Shown: positions 1-9,778, counted from the first letter of the stretch. The stretch is 64,000 bases of DNA from an uncultured Chloroflexia bacterium (GCA_963842755.1 CAWJIC010000076.1:2867-66866); one strand, 5' to 3'. Numbers and translations: made by a program. Notes: a model not told the origin generated them from the sequence alone.

Positions 1-96
1 GGTCGCGGCCTTCCAGACCGCGACTGCGTGGCTCTCGCGGCTGTCGACCTCAATTCGCTCGAACATCACGACGCCGCTCCCGTCCGAGAAGCTCAT
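1..96 (-). CDS. hypothetical protein, N-terminal fragment (gene continues beyond left edge)
   Basis: Minus-strand ATG at 96-94 opens frame MSFSDGSGVVMFERIEVDSRESHAVAVWKAAT, which stays open to position 1. Only 32 codons are visible and the SD is weak. Confidence 0.25.
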   Translation of the reverse strand, partial: MSFSDGSGVVMFERIEVDSRESHAVAVWKAAT

Positions 97-232
97 GAAG
101 TACGGGCCCACCCATACCGGGCACTCTACAGATGGGGTTCCCCGGACGGGCCGAGCGGCCCGCCTGATGCGCCCCGGCGTCCTGCGAGGCGCGACACCGA
201 GCGTCGGGCGACCTCCTCCCGGCGGGTGGTCG

Positions 233-1318
233 CTATTGCTCGGCGACCCAGATCGACGGCGTCCCATCCTCGCCCGACGGCAAGGCCGGGTCGCGGGTCA
301 CGATCTCCCGCCGGCCGTCCGGCCGGAGGACGAACGTCTCCTCGGCCTTCGTCCCGGTGACCGACGGATTCCAGGCGAAGGCCATCCCCGCTTCGACCGA
401 CTCGGACGAGGCGGGCGTCGCGATCGTCTCGCGAGGCTGGTAGGCGAGCGTGCCACCCTGGTGGTGGAGGCGCCGCTCGTCCGGCAAGCCGACCTCGGCA
501 TAGGCCCGGATGCCGGCCTCGAGGACCTGGGCCAGGGTGCGGCCCGGGACGGTGGCGTCACGCAGGGCGGCGTCGATCCGGCACGACGCCTCGTGCCGCC
601 GGAGCGTCTCGTCGTCCGGCCGTCCGCGCAGCCAGGCGGTCCGGGTCAGCGCCGCATGGAGGCCGCCGCGTTCGCCCACGACCACGAGCATGAGCGATCG
701 ATCGATCCGCTTCGGCTTCGGGATCGGATGCGGTAACGGACGATCCGCTCGTCGCTCGCGGCGAGCAGGACCGGCGCGACGACCCCCTCCTCCGCGAGCA
801 TCTCGGCCAGCCTGGCGGCCACGGTCGCCTCGCGTTCGCCCGGGCGGACGGTCTGGAAGAGCGTCGTCCATCACCCGCGCGGTGTCGGCCCCGACCGCCG
901 CGAGCCGGTCCTGTTCGGCGGGCAGGAGATGGGAGCGGATCGCCCGGAGCTCCGGCTCGAGAGATCGATCGTCGGCGACCGGGCCGCCTGCCCGCGCCGC
1001 GATCGCCGCCTCGAGCGCGGCCGGGTCCTGCCAGGGAAGCTCGATGACCTCGATCCCGAGTCCGGCCATCTCCTCGCCGCGGATGCGCCCGGCCTCGTTG
1101 ACGGCGGTCAGGGCGACGACGTCGCGCCGGGTGACGAGCAGGGTGACGACGCCGTCCTCGGCCGCGCGGACGACGTGCGTGTCGGCGCCGGCGGTCAGCC
1201 AGGCCACGTTCCGCCGAGCGCGCAGCGCGGCGGCCTGGCCGCGCCGCTCCGTCTGGACGGCCCCGGGCCGAGCCGGGCCATCTGGCCCGTGTACGAAAGC
1301 GAAACGATTGCCTACCAT
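233..1318 (-). CDS. M24-family metallopeptidase (Xaa-Pro aminopeptidase/creatinase-like), internally out of frame
   Basis: 361-aa ORF with a pita-bread-type C-terminal half (LMLVVVGERGGLHAALTRT, RRLHHQGG, AFAWNPSV). The stretch encoded by ~735-868 is Arg-rich nonsense. The alternative frame there reads FQTVRPGEREATVAARLAEMLAEEGVVAPVLLAASDERIVRYR, so there are two compensating 1-nt indels. Confidence 0.7.
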   Translation of the reverse strand: MVGNRFAFVHGPDGPARPGAVQTERRGQAAALRARRNVAWLTAGADTHVVRAAEDGVVTLLVTRRDVVALTAVNEAGRIRGEEMAGLGIEVIELPWQDPAALEAAIAARAGGPVADDRSLEPELRAIRSHLLPAEQDRLAAVGADTARVMDDALPDRPPGRTRGDRGRQAGRDARGGGGRRAGPARRERRADRPLPHPIPKPKRIDRSLMLVVVGERGGLHAALTRTAWLRGRPDDETLRRHEASCRIDAALRDATVPGRTLAQVLEAGIRAYAEVGLPDERRLHHQGGTLAYQPRETIATPASSESVEAGMAFAWNPSVTGTKAEETFVLRPDGRREIVTRDPALPSGEDGTPSIWVAEQ

Positions 1319-1323
1319 CCGTA
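1292..1323 (+). promoter_or_regulatory. possible degenerate LacI-type operator half-site plus -10-like TACGAA upstream of first FGGY kinase
   Basis: CGAAACGATTGC at 1300-1311 is 12/12 identical to the left half of the 24-bp operators at 6008 and 17079. The right half is poorly conserved and no good -35 is present. Confidence 0.3.
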
Positions 1324-1389
1324 GTGCGCCTGAGCCGCATGCCAGACATCCCTCAGCCTGCCCGGCCGGCTCAGCCCGGAGAGGAGCAC

Positions 1390-2790
1390 ATGAAGGAGCC
1401 GGTGCTCCTCGGGATCGACGTCGGTACGACCTTCTGCAAAGCGACGATCGTTTCGGCCGAAGGTGTCGAACTCAGCCAGGGACGTCAACGAACGCCGTGG
1501 CAGCCGGTTCCGACCGGCGCCGAGATCGCTGCGGATGCCCTCCTCGGCGCGGTCGCCGCCGCGGCCCGGGCCGCCATCGACCAACGACCATCCGGGACGA
1601 TCGTCGGCGTCGGGGTGACGAGCATGGCCGAGGCCGGGTTCCTGCTCGATGCCGCGGGTCGCCCCCTCTTCCCGGCGATCGCCTGGTATGACAGTCGGTC
1701 GGCGCCCGAGAGCGAGCGGCTGCTCGACGAGCTGGGTGCAGACCGGTTCAGCGGCCGGACGGGCCTCGGGCCGGGACCGATGCCGACGATCGGCAAGTAC
1801 CGCTGGCTGCGGGATCACGTTCCAGCGACGGCGAAGGGCGCACGCTGGCTGAATGTCGCCGACTTCGTTGTCCGGGCCCTCGGTGGAGCGGAGGTCGCCG
1901 AGCGGTCGCTGGCCTCGCGGACCGGATTCCTCGACCAGCAGACCGGTCGCTGGTGGCCCGAGGCGCTCGCCTGGGCCGACCTGGATGTCGATCGGCTCCC
2001 TCCCCTCGTCCACGCCGGCGAGCCGGTCGGACGGGTCGCTGGCGGGGGGCTCGTGGATGCGGAGGGAGCCGCGCTCGCCGTTGCCGGACACGATCACCTC
2101 GCTGCCGCCGTCGGAGCGGGCGCCATCCGCGACGGCGACATCCTCAACTCGTGCGGCACAGCGGAGGCGCTCGTGCGCGCCGTTCCGGGCCGACTGCCCG
2201 AGGAAGTCGTGCGCGCTGCCGTGGCGACCGGGGTCTCGGTCGGGATCCACGTCGTCCCGGACCGCCAGGCGCTGCTCGCCGGGTCGCGCTGCGGGATGGT
2301 CCTGCAGCGCTTCCTAGATCTCCTTGGCGTTCCCGAGTCGGACCGCGCCGCCCTCGGTCGCGCGGCGATCGCCGCCCCTCCCGGCGCCGGCGGGATGATC
2401 GTCCGGGGAGGCGCGGACGAAGTCGCCGCCCTCGAGGGGATCGGCCGTGACGCCACGCCCGGCCTTGTCTGGCGGGCGGCGCTCGAATACGTCCAGCGCG
2501 AGACCGCCCGCCTGCTGGGCGCGGTCGAGGCGGTCGCCGGCGCGGCCGAGCGCCTGGTCGTCGTCGGTGGGTGGTCGCGGGACCCTGCCCTCGTGGAGGT
2601 CAAGCGAGCGATCCTCGGACCGCTGGAGGTACCGGTCGTGGCCGAGGCCGGGGCGCGCGGCGCCGCGCTCATCGGCGGGGTCGCCGCCGGTCTCTTCCCG
2701 GACGTCTTGCACCTGCCGGAGCCGCCGGCGGCAGACCTCTCCATCCATCTCGGGAGTCCGTCCCGCGTGGCTGAACTCCGATCGGGCTGA
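1390..2790 (+). CDS. FGGY-family carbohydrate kinase (substrate unknown)
   Basis: ATG at 1390 follows GGAGAGGAG. N-terminal LLGIDVGTTFCKA actin-fold phosphate-1 motif, central AVAGHDH, C-terminal GGWSRDPAL...ARGAALIGG. Length is typical of FGGY kinases. Confidence 0.85.
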   Translation: MKEPVLLGIDVGTTFCKATIVSAEGVELSQGRQRTPWQPVPTGAEIAADALLGAVAAAARAAIDQRPSGTIVGVGVTSMAEAGFLLDAAGRPLFPAIAWYDSRSAPESERLLDELGADRFSGRTGLGPGPMPTIGKYRWLRDHVPATAKGARWLNVADFVVRALGGAEVAERSLASRTGFLDQQTGRWWPEALAWADLDVDRLPPLVHAGEPVGRVAGGGLVDAEGAALAVAGHDHLAAAVGAGAIRDGDILNSCGTAEALVRAVPGRLPEEVVRAAVATGVSVGIHVVPDRQALLAGSRCGMVLQRFLDLLGVPESDRAALGRAAIAAPPGAGGMIVRGGADEVAALEGIGRDATPGLVWRAALEYVQRETARLLGAVEAVAGAAERLVVVGGWSRDPALVEVKRAILGPLEVPVVAEAGARGAALIGGVAAGLFPDVLHLPEPPAADLSIHLGSPSRVAELRSG

Positions 2791-2818
2791 CCATCACTCG
2801 CCGCACTGGGAGTTGACG

Positions 2819-4333
2819 ATGCAAACCACCCCGCGTTCGCTCCTGCTCGGCGTCGACGTCGGAACCAGCGGCCTCCGGGCCGTGCTCCTCGACCGCGACG
2901 GTCGCCTCGTCGACGAGGCGACATCGGAGTACGACCTGCGCAGCCCCCAACCGGGCTGGGCGGAGCAGGATCCGGATCGATGGTTGGCGGCACTCCGCGA
3001 CGCGCTCGCGATGCTCTGGGCCAGGGGCTACGCCGGGTCGCAGGTCTCGGCGATCGGGCTGACCGGGCAGATGCACAGCCTCGTCGTGCTCGATGCGGAC
3101 GGGAGCGTCGTCTGCCCGGCTCTGCTCTGGTGCGATCAACGGACCGGCGCGGAGTGCCTCGAGATCACCGAGCGGATCGGGGCGGAGCGGCTGCTCGAGC
3201 GGACGGGAAATGTCGCGCTGGCAGGCTTCACCGCACCGAAGATCCTGTGGATCCGGCGGCATTGGCCGGAGGCGTTCGCGCGGGCAGCCCATCTGCTCCT
3301 GCCCAAGGACTTCATCCGACAACGACTGACCGGCGCATTCGTGACGGAGATGTCCGACGCCTCCGGGACACTCCTGTTCGACGTCCGCCGTCGGCGCTGG
3401 GCCGACGACATCATCGCCGAGCTCGGGATCGACCCTGCGCTCCTGCCGGCGACGGTCGAGGGAGACGTGGTGACGGGGATCGTGCATGCCGAGGCCGCTC
3501 GCCTGCTCGGCCTCGACGAGGGGACGCCGGTCGTCGCCGGCGGTGGTGACAACGCGGCCGCCGCAGTCGGCCTTGGAGCGGTGGATCCGGGCGTCCTGAC
3601 CCTGTCCGTGGGGACCTCCGGCGTCATCTTCGCCCCGCTCGACCGCTATCCCGACCAGGTCGATGGACGGCTCCACGTGTTCTGCCACGCGGTCCCGCAC
3701 CGGTGGCACTTGATCTCGGTGACGATGGCGGCCGGCGGATCGCTCCACTGGCTGCGCGATCTCCTGGCGCCACTTCTCCCGGTCGGCAATGACGCGGCGT
3801 ACGACTGGCTCATGGCACGGGCCGCGGCGGCCGATCCGGGCTCGGGTGGGGTCGTCTTCCTGCCGTACGTCAGCGGCGAGCGCACGCCCCATGCGGACCC
3901 GGCCGCGCGAGGCGTCTTCTACGGACTCCACATGGGGATCGGGCTGGACGAGATGGTTCGCTCCGTCCTCGAGGGCGTCGCGTTCAGCCAGCGCCAGGGG
4001 CTCGACCTGATGCGCGAGGCGGGAGCAGCAGCGGTGATGGCCCGGGGCGCGGGCGGCGGCCTGTCGAGTCCTCTCTGGCGTCAGATCCTCGCCGACGCGC
4101 TCGGCGTGGGCCTCCAGCTTGCCGGACCGGCGATCGGGGCGGCCCGTGGCGCGGCCGTGCTGGCGGGGCTCGGGACGGGCGTCTACGACGATGTCGACGT
4201 CGGGATGGATTGGGCGAGTCAGCCGATCCAGGCACCCGATCCGGCAGGGGCGGCGGCGCTCGAACCCGCCTTCACCACGTACGCCGAGCTGTACCCCAGG
4301 CTCCGGCCGGTCTTCCAGGCTGGCGGGGCGTGA
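2819..4333 (+). CDS. xylB: xylulokinase-like FGGY kinase
   Basis: ATG at 2819 (MQTTPRSLLLGVDVGTSGLRAVLLD). XylB-like motifs GWAEQDP, GLTGQMHS, VVAGGGDNAAAAVGLG and FLPYVSGERTPHADPAARG. 504 aa. Confidence 0.8.
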   Translation: MQTTPRSLLLGVDVGTSGLRAVLLDRDGRLVDEATSEYDLRSPQPGWAEQDPDRWLAALRDALAMLWARGYAGSQVSAIGLTGQMHSLVVLDADGSVVCPALLWCDQRTGAECLEITERIGAERLLERTGNVALAGFTAPKILWIRRHWPEAFARAAHLLLPKDFIRQRLTGAFVTEMSDASGTLLFDVRRRRWADDIIAELGIDPALLPATVEGDVVTGIVHAEAARLLGLDEGTPVVAGGGDNAAAAVGLGAVDPGVLTLSVGTSGVIFAPLDRYPDQVDGRLHVFCHAVPHRWHLISVTMAAGGSLHWLRDLLAPLLPVGNDAAYDWLMARAAAADPGSGGVVFLPYVSGERTPHADPAARGVFYGLHMGIGLDEMVRSVLEGVAFSQRQGLDLMREAGAAAVMARGAGGGLSSPLWRQILADALGVGLQLAGPAIGAARGAAVLAGLGTGVYDDVDVGMDWASQPIQAPDPAGAAALEPAFTTYAELYPRLRPVFQAGGA

Positions 4334-5910
4334 GCGCGATCGGCAGCCCGAGCGTCGAGCGCGGCGAGCCCCTGCTCCTCGGGCTGGACCTCGGCACGTC
4401 CGCGCTGAAGGTCCTCCTCGTCGCTCTGGACGGTCGGATCGTGGGTCGAGCCAGCGCAGGCTACCCGATCGAGCGGCCCGGGCCCGACCGAGCCGAGCAA
4501 CATCCCGAAGCCTGGTGGCACGCGCTCGCCGCGGGCGTCGGCCAGGCGCTCGCGAGCGCGCGGGCCACCGACCCCGGCGCTCCGGATCCGGCCAGCCGCG
4601 TCGCGGCCATCGGCCTGTCGGGACAGATGCATGGGACCGTGTTGCTCGGCCGCGATCTTCGGCCGCTCGGGCCGGCGATCATCTGGCCGGACCAGCGGAG
4701 CGCCCGTCAGGTCGAGGCGTTGACCGCCGAGGTCGGTCGGGAGCGCCTCATCGACATCGTCGGCGGACCGCTCGCGACCGGCTTCCAGGCCGCCACGGCC
4801 CGCTGGTTTCGCGACGAGGAGCCAGCCCGTTGGGCGGAGGTGCGGATGGTCGTCACGCCGAAGGACGCCCTCCGCCTGCGCCTCACCGGCGAGCTCGCCA
4901 CGGATCCGAGCGACGGTTCGGGGACGGGCCTGCTCGACGAGACCACGCGGCGCTGGTCGGACGAGATCCTCGCGGCTGTGGGCCTGGAGCTGGACCGACT
5001 GCCGCCGCTGCGCGACGCGAGCGCGTCGGCGGGGACGCTCCTGCCGGAGCCGGCGGCGGCGCTCGGGTTGCCGGCCGGGATTCCGGTCGCGACCGGAGCC
5101 GGCGACACACCGGCCGGCCTCCTCGGGGCGGGCGTCATCGCACCGGATGTGTTCTTCCTGTCGATCAGCACCGGCGGCCAGCTCGCCGTCCCGGCCACCG
5201 AGCCGGCAGTCGACCACCTGGGCCGGACCCACACCTTCTGCGCCGCGCTTGCCCCCTCGGCCACCACGGCCGGCTGGTACCGTCTCGCCGCGACGCTCTC
5301 GGCCGGCATGGCCCTGCGCTGGCTTCGCGACGCGGTCTTCGCGCTCGACACGCCGGACGCGTACGACCGGATGGTCGCCTGGGCCGAGGATGTCCCGATC
5401 GGCGCTCGCGGTCTCGTCTTCCTGCCCTACCTGACTGGCGAGCGGAGCCCCCACATGGACCCAACGGCCCGCGGGGTTTTCCTCGGGTTGACGGCCCGCC
5501 ACGGCCAGCCGGAGCTCGTGCGGGCGGTCCTCGAGGGCGTGACCCTCGCCTGCTTCGATGCCTCGCGCGTCCTGGCGGAGGCCCACGCGCTGCCGGACCG
5601 CCTCGTCCTGGCCGGCGGCGGGGCGCGCAGCCCGCTCTGGCAGCGGATCGTCGCCGACGTCTTCGGTACGCCCCTCCGGCGGCTCGAGGTCGACGAACAG
5701 GCGGCCATCGGCGCCTGCATTCTCGCCGGGGCCGCGGTCGACCTGGTCGATCCGGCGACCGCGTCGCGCGCCTGGGCGCGGCTCGGCGGAGTCGTGGAAC
5801 CCGACGACGCGCGCCACGTCCGCTACCTGGAGTTGCTCGAGCTGTTCCGCGACGCCTACGCAGCCAACCGCACTGCCTTCACCTCGCTCCGTCGATTCGA
5901 GGCTGGCTGA
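4330..5910 (+). CDS. FGGY-family carbohydrate kinase (xylulokinase-like paralogue)
   Basis: GTG at 4330 overlaps the stop of the previous gene (GTGA coupling). Motifs LLGLDLGTSALKV, GLSGQMHG, ATGAGDTPAGLLGAG and FLPYLTGERSPHMDPTARG. Confidence 0.85.
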   Translation: MSAIGSPSVERGEPLLLGLDLGTSALKVLLVALDGRIVGRASAGYPIERPGPDRAEQHPEAWWHALAAGVGQALASARATDPGAPDPASRVAAIGLSGQMHGTVLLGRDLRPLGPAIIWPDQRSARQVEALTAEVGRERLIDIVGGPLATGFQAATARWFRDEEPARWAEVRMVVTPKDALRLRLTGELATDPSDGSGTGLLDETTRRWSDEILAAVGLELDRLPPLRDASASAGTLLPEPAAALGLPAGIPVATGAGDTPAGLLGAGVIAPDVFFLSISTGGQLAVPATEPAVDHLGRTHTFCAALAPSATTAGWYRLAATLSAGMALRWLRDAVFALDTPDAYDRMVAWAEDVPIGARGLVFLPYLTGERSPHMDPTARGVFLGLTARHGQPELVRAVLEGVTLACFDASRVLAEAHALPDRLVLAGGGARSPLWQRIVADVFGTPLRRLEVDEQAAIGACILAGAAVDLVDPATASRAWARLGGVVEPDDARHVRYLELLELFRDAYAANRTAFTSLRRFEAG

Positions 5911-5977
5911 GAGACGGGTGCTGCCGGACGATCGGAACCAAGATCAGCCGCCGAGTCGAGTCCGGGACCGCAGACTC

Positions 5978-6007
5978 TTGACACGGTGGGTCGGGTGCGG
6001 CTAGCAT
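5978..6007 (+). promoter_or_regulatory. sigma-70-type promoter of the ABC transporter/dehydrogenase operon
   Basis: TTGACA (5978-5983), 18-nt spacer, TAGCAT (6002-6007). The operator palindrome follows immediately. Confidence 0.55.
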
Positions 6008-6031
6008 CGAAACGATTGCGCAACCGGTTCG
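6008..6031. promoter_or_regulatory. LacI-family operator (24-bp imperfect palindrome)
   Basis: CGAAACGATTGCGCAACCGGTTCG. The half-sites GAAACG-NTTGC/GCAAN-CGTTTC fit the LacI/GalR operator style, and it differs at 1 position from the site at 17079-17102 read on the minus strand. Confidence 0.6.
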
Positions 6032-6320
6032 ATGGAGATAGTGGCGCAGTCGGATGGACCCTTGAGGCAGATGCGTGGCGCAGGGGCGATCGAACCGCCC
6101 CGGCGAGATCGATCGCTGGTCCTGTCACGGGAACCCGCCTGTGCGCCGGACCGAAAAGGAAGAGAGGAACCTGCCGCGTCGCGGGGCTGGCCTGCCCCAT
6201 CCGCTTCGACCGTGCTTATGGCTCACCGCTCGGGTGAACGTCTCTTCCCCCGGACGGCTGGAGACCACCATCCGGAGGCCGGATGGTAACGGCATTAGCT
6301 ATTGGTAGGGAGCACACCTG

Positions 6321-7724
6321 ATGTCTTCTGACGTGAAGCGGCCGCGCTTGCTGGCGACCGCGATGACCGCGGTCCTCGCGGTCGCGGCCTGCAGCTCGGG
6401 CGGCAGTTCGCCAAGCCCCGCCGGCGGCGGAACCGCCGTCACGCCGCCTCCGGGTGGCGCATCGGGGACGGTCACCGTCGCGATGGTCGGCAACCCCCAG
6501 ATGAAGGCCCTCGAGTCGCTCAAGGGCGAGTTCGAGAAGACCCATCCGAACATCAAGGTCAACCTGCTGATCCTCCCTGAGAACGAGCTCCGGGCGAAGG
6601 TCACCACTGACGTCGCCACCGGCGCCAGCACCTTCGACCTCGTGACCGTCGGCATGTACGAAGTGCCGCTCTGGGCCAAGCAGGGCTGGATCGACGAAGT
6701 CGGCACCACGCTGGACGCGAACCCGGCCTACAACAGCGCCGACATCTTCAAGTCGATCCGCGACGGCCTCAGCTACAACGGCAAGCTCTATGCAGCCCCG
6801 TTCTACGGGGAGAGCTCCAGCCTCTTCTACCGCAAGGACCTCCTCCAGGCCGCCGGGATCACCCTTCCCGAGAAGCCGACCTGGGACGACGTGGTCGCGG
6901 CGGCGAAGGCACTCCACGATCCCAGCAAGGGCCAGTACGGGATCTGCCTGCGCGGCCTCCCGGGGTGGGGCGAGATGGGTGCCCCGCTGGGCACGGTGAT
7001 CAACACGTTCGGTGGCCGCTGGTACGACGCGAACTGGAAGGCCCAGATCTCGTCGCCTGAGACCTCTGCCGCGATCAAGTTCTATATCGACACCGTCAAG
7101 AACTACGGTGAGCCCGGCGCCACCCAGGCCGGCTTCACCGAGTGCGAGACCCTCCTCACCACGGGCAAGGTCGCGATGTGGTACGACGCCACGTCCGCCT
7201 CGGACCTGATCTTCGACCAAAAGCAGGACCCGAACTTCTTCGACAAGATCGGCATCGCCTACGCTCCCACCAAGGTCAAGAGCCCCAGCGGCTGGCTGTG
7301 GGCCTGGGCCTTCGCGATGGAGTCCACCTCGAAGAACAAGCCGGCCGCCTACGAGTTCCTGGAATGGGCGACCAGCATGGACTACGTCAAGCTTGCCGCC
7401 GACAAGCTCGGCTGGGGCTCCGTCCCGTCCGGCGCGCGCAAGTCCCTGTATGACGACCCCGGCTACAAGGAGTACGGCAAGGTCTTCAACGACGTCGTCG
7501 TCAACTCCCTGGGCACGGTCGATCCGCTCACGGCCACCAACTTCGCCGACACCCCCTACACCGGCATCCAGTTCGTCCAGATCCCGGAGTTCCAGGACCT
7601 CGGCACGAAGTGCACGCAGGAGTTCGCGGGCGCGATCTCGGGCAGCCAGACGGCCGACGAGGCGATCGCGAAGTGCAATACCTACGCGGAGGACGTCGCG
7701 AAGACAGGCGGTTACGCCAAGTAG
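6321..7724 (+). CDS. ABC transporter sugar/polyol-binding lipoprotein (family 1 SBP)
   Basis: Signal peptide plus lipobox (LAVAACSSG). 467 aa with SBP_bac_1-like composition. It sits directly upstream of two MalF/MalG-type permeases. Confidence 0.88.
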   Translation: MSSDVKRPRLLATAMTAVLAVAACSSGGSSPSPAGGGTAVTPPPGGASGTVTVAMVGNPQMKALESLKGEFEKTHPNIKVNLLILPENELRAKVTTDVATGASTFDLVTVGMYEVPLWAKQGWIDEVGTTLDANPAYNSADIFKSIRDGLSYNGKLYAAPFYGESSSLFYRKDLLQAAGITLPEKPTWDDVVAAAKALHDPSKGQYGICLRGLPGWGEMGAPLGTVINTFGGRWYDANWKAQISSPETSAAIKFYIDTVKNYGEPGATQAGFTECETLLTTGKVAMWYDATSASDLIFDQKQDPNFFDKIGIAYAPTKVKSPSGWLWAWAFAMESTSKNKPAAYEFLEWATSMDYVKLAADKLGWGSVPSGARKSLYDDPGYKEYGKVFNDVVVNSLGTVDPLTATNFADTPYTGIQFVQIPEFQDLGTKCTQEFAGAISGSQTADEAIAKCNTYAEDVAKTGGYAK

Positions 7725-7935
7725 CCATCCCGCTCTTCGGATCTCACCGATCACGTGGTGGCGGCCGCGCAGTCTTGCGCTGCGGGCCGCCACCACCTTC
7801 GGTCCCCCTTCCACCTTGACCTATCCACGTGACTGATATTCTGACCGCGGGCGGCATGGTCCTTGCCTGGCGGACTTGGGACGCAGGACGAATGCGATTG
7901 GGATCCAGAACCATGACCTCTCGGGAACCCTGACC

Positions 7936-8853
7936 ATGGCTCAAGCCAGCGGCGTCCTCCGTCGAGTCCCGGTCCTGGGCCCATTCGTGCTCTGGTGCGT
8001 ACGGAACCCGCTCATCGCGCCTGCCCTGATCTACGCCATAATCATCACCCAGGCTCCGTTCGCGCTGACCATCTGGTTCAGCTTCCAGAAGTGGAACCTG
8101 TTGCGGCCGGAGAACAGCCGCTTCAACGGCCTCTCCAACTACGTCGACATCTTCCAGACCTCGCGGTTCCTGGACGCCCTCCTGAACACGGTCGTCCTGA
8201 CCGTATCGGCGGTCGCCATTTCCCTGCTCGTCGGCCTGCTCTACGCCGAGCTGGTGAACCACCGGTTCCGGGGCCGCGGCATCGTCCGCACGCTCCTCAT
8301 CACCCCGTTTCTGGTGATGCCGGTCGTCGGTGCGTTGGCCTGGAAGAACATGATGCTCAACCCTGTGTTCGGGGTGGTCGACTGGCTGGCCCGGACGCTG
8401 GGCCTGCCGGCCCAGGATTGGCTGGCCCAGTACCCGCTGGCCTCGATCGTGGTCATCGTGGTCTGGCGCTGGGCCCCTTTCATGATGCTGATCCTCCTGG
8501 CGGGCATGCAGGCCCTCAGCGAGGAGGTCCGCGAAGGAGCGCGCGTGGACGGCGCGACCGACTGGCAGGAGTTCCGCTACATCGTCCTACCCCACCTCAA
8601 GGCCTACATGCAGCTGGGCATCCTTCTCGGTTCGATCTACATCGTCAACGAGTTCGACGCCATCTACATGGCGACGCAGGGCGGACCCGGGACGGCGTCG
8701 ACCAACCTGCCCTTCCTGATCTACCAGAACGTCTTCTTCGGATACGACGTGGGCCACTCGGCGGCGATGGCCGTCATCGTCGTCGGCATGACCCTCGTCG
8801 CCGTGACCTACCTGCTCCGGATGCTCGCTCGGCTCATGGAGGGTAACAACTGA
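7936..8853 (+). CDS. carbohydrate ABC transporter permease (MalF-like)
   Basis: Six hydrophobic segments and an EAA-type loop (ALSEEVREGARVDGATDWQEFRYIVLP). ATG at 7936 is preferred; the ORF is open from 7876. Confidence 0.85.
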   Translation: MAQASGVLRRVPVLGPFVLWCVRNPLIAPALIYAIIITQAPFALTIWFSFQKWNLLRPENSRFNGLSNYVDIFQTSRFLDALLNTVVLTVSAVAISLLVGLLYAELVNHRFRGRGIVRTLLITPFLVMPVVGALAWKNMMLNPVFGVVDWLARTLGLPAQDWLAQYPLASIVVIVVWRWAPFMMLILLAGMQALSEEVREGARVDGATDWQEFRYIVLPHLKAYMQLGILLGSIYIVNEFDAIYMATQGGPGTASTNLPFLIYQNVFFGYDVGHSAAMAVIVVGMTLVAVTYLLRMLARLMEGNN

Positions 8854-9737
8854 TGCAGGCCATCAGGCGCAAGACGTCCGCTGCCCGCACCATCGAGCAG
8901 GCGGGCTCCCTCCGCGTGATCCTCGCCTGGATCGTCGCCCTGCTCGTCTTCTTCCCGGTCCTGTACCTCGTCGTCACCGGCTTCAAGTCGGAGGTCGACG
9001 CCCTCAAGCTGCCGCCGAGCATCATCCCGGTGCCCCAGGGCGTGTCCGGCATCCCGGCCTCGTTCAACGCCACGCTGGAGAACTACGCGGCGGTCATGGA
9101 CCGCAACTTCGCCCCGTTCTTCCAGCATTCGATCATCGTCGTCTCGGCATCGGTCCTGTTGGTCCTGGTGTTCGCCCTGCCGGCCGCGTACGCTCTGAGC
9201 TGGCGCAGGGCGACCCACAAGCAGGATGTCCTGTTCTTCTTCATCTCCACGAAATTCCTGCCAGCGGTCGGCGTGATCGTCCCGATCTTCGTCATCGCGC
9301 GCGACCTCAAGATGATCGACAACATGGCGACGCTCGTGATCATGTACACGGCGATGAACCTGCCGATCGCCATCTGGCTGCTCCGCTCGTTCTTCGACGA
9401 GGTGCCGCGCGACGTCCTCGACGCGTCCCGCGTCGACGGCGCCAACATCCCCCAGGAGCTCTTCCAGGTGGCGCTGCCGATGATCACGCCGGGCCTGGTG
9501 GCCACGGCCTTCATCTGCATCATCTTCGGCTGGAACGAGTTCTTCATCGCGGTCAACCTGTCCGCCACGAAGGCCGCCACCGTGCCGATGTTCATGATCT
9601 CGTTCGTCACCTCCGAGGGCCTGTTCTGGGCCAAGCTCGCGGCGGCCGGCACGATGGCCATGTTGCCGGTCGTGCTCATCGGCTGGGGCGCCCAGCGCCA
9701 GCTCGTCCGCGGCATGTCGATGGGCGCGGTCAAGTAG
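8853..9737 (+). CDS. carbohydrate ABC transporter permease (MalG-like)
   Basis: ATGA overlap with the upstream permease. EAA loop DEVPRDVLDASRVDGANIPQELFQVALP. 294 aa. No ATPase gene is present in the operon. Confidence 0.9.
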   Translation: MQAIRRKTSAARTIEQAGSLRVILAWIVALLVFFPVLYLVVTGFKSEVDALKLPPSIIPVPQGVSGIPASFNATLENYAAVMDRNFAPFFQHSIIVVSASVLLVLVFALPAAYALSWRRATHKQDVLFFFISTKFLPAVGVIVPIFVIARDLKMIDNMATLVIMYTAMNLPIAIWLLRSFFDEVPRDVLDASRVDGANIPQELFQVALPMITPGLVATAFICIIFGWNEFFIAVNLSATKAATVPMFMISFVTSEGLFWAKLAAAGTMAMLPVVLIGWGAQRQLVRGMSMGAVK

Positions 9738-9778
9738 GGCGAGGGTCCGGATCGCCCATTCAGGAAAGGAGCGCCGCG

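Noticed and set aside
5940-5975. GAGTCGAGTCCGGG resembling a tRNA T-arm
   Set aside because: No acceptor stem, D-arm or anticodon arm can be built from the surrounding sequence.
6032-6289. 85-aa ORF (MEIVAQSDGPLRQ...) inside the SBP leader
   Set aside because: It has no SD and an Arg/Pro-rich composition, and it begins inside the operator region. It is most likely non-coding leader sequence.
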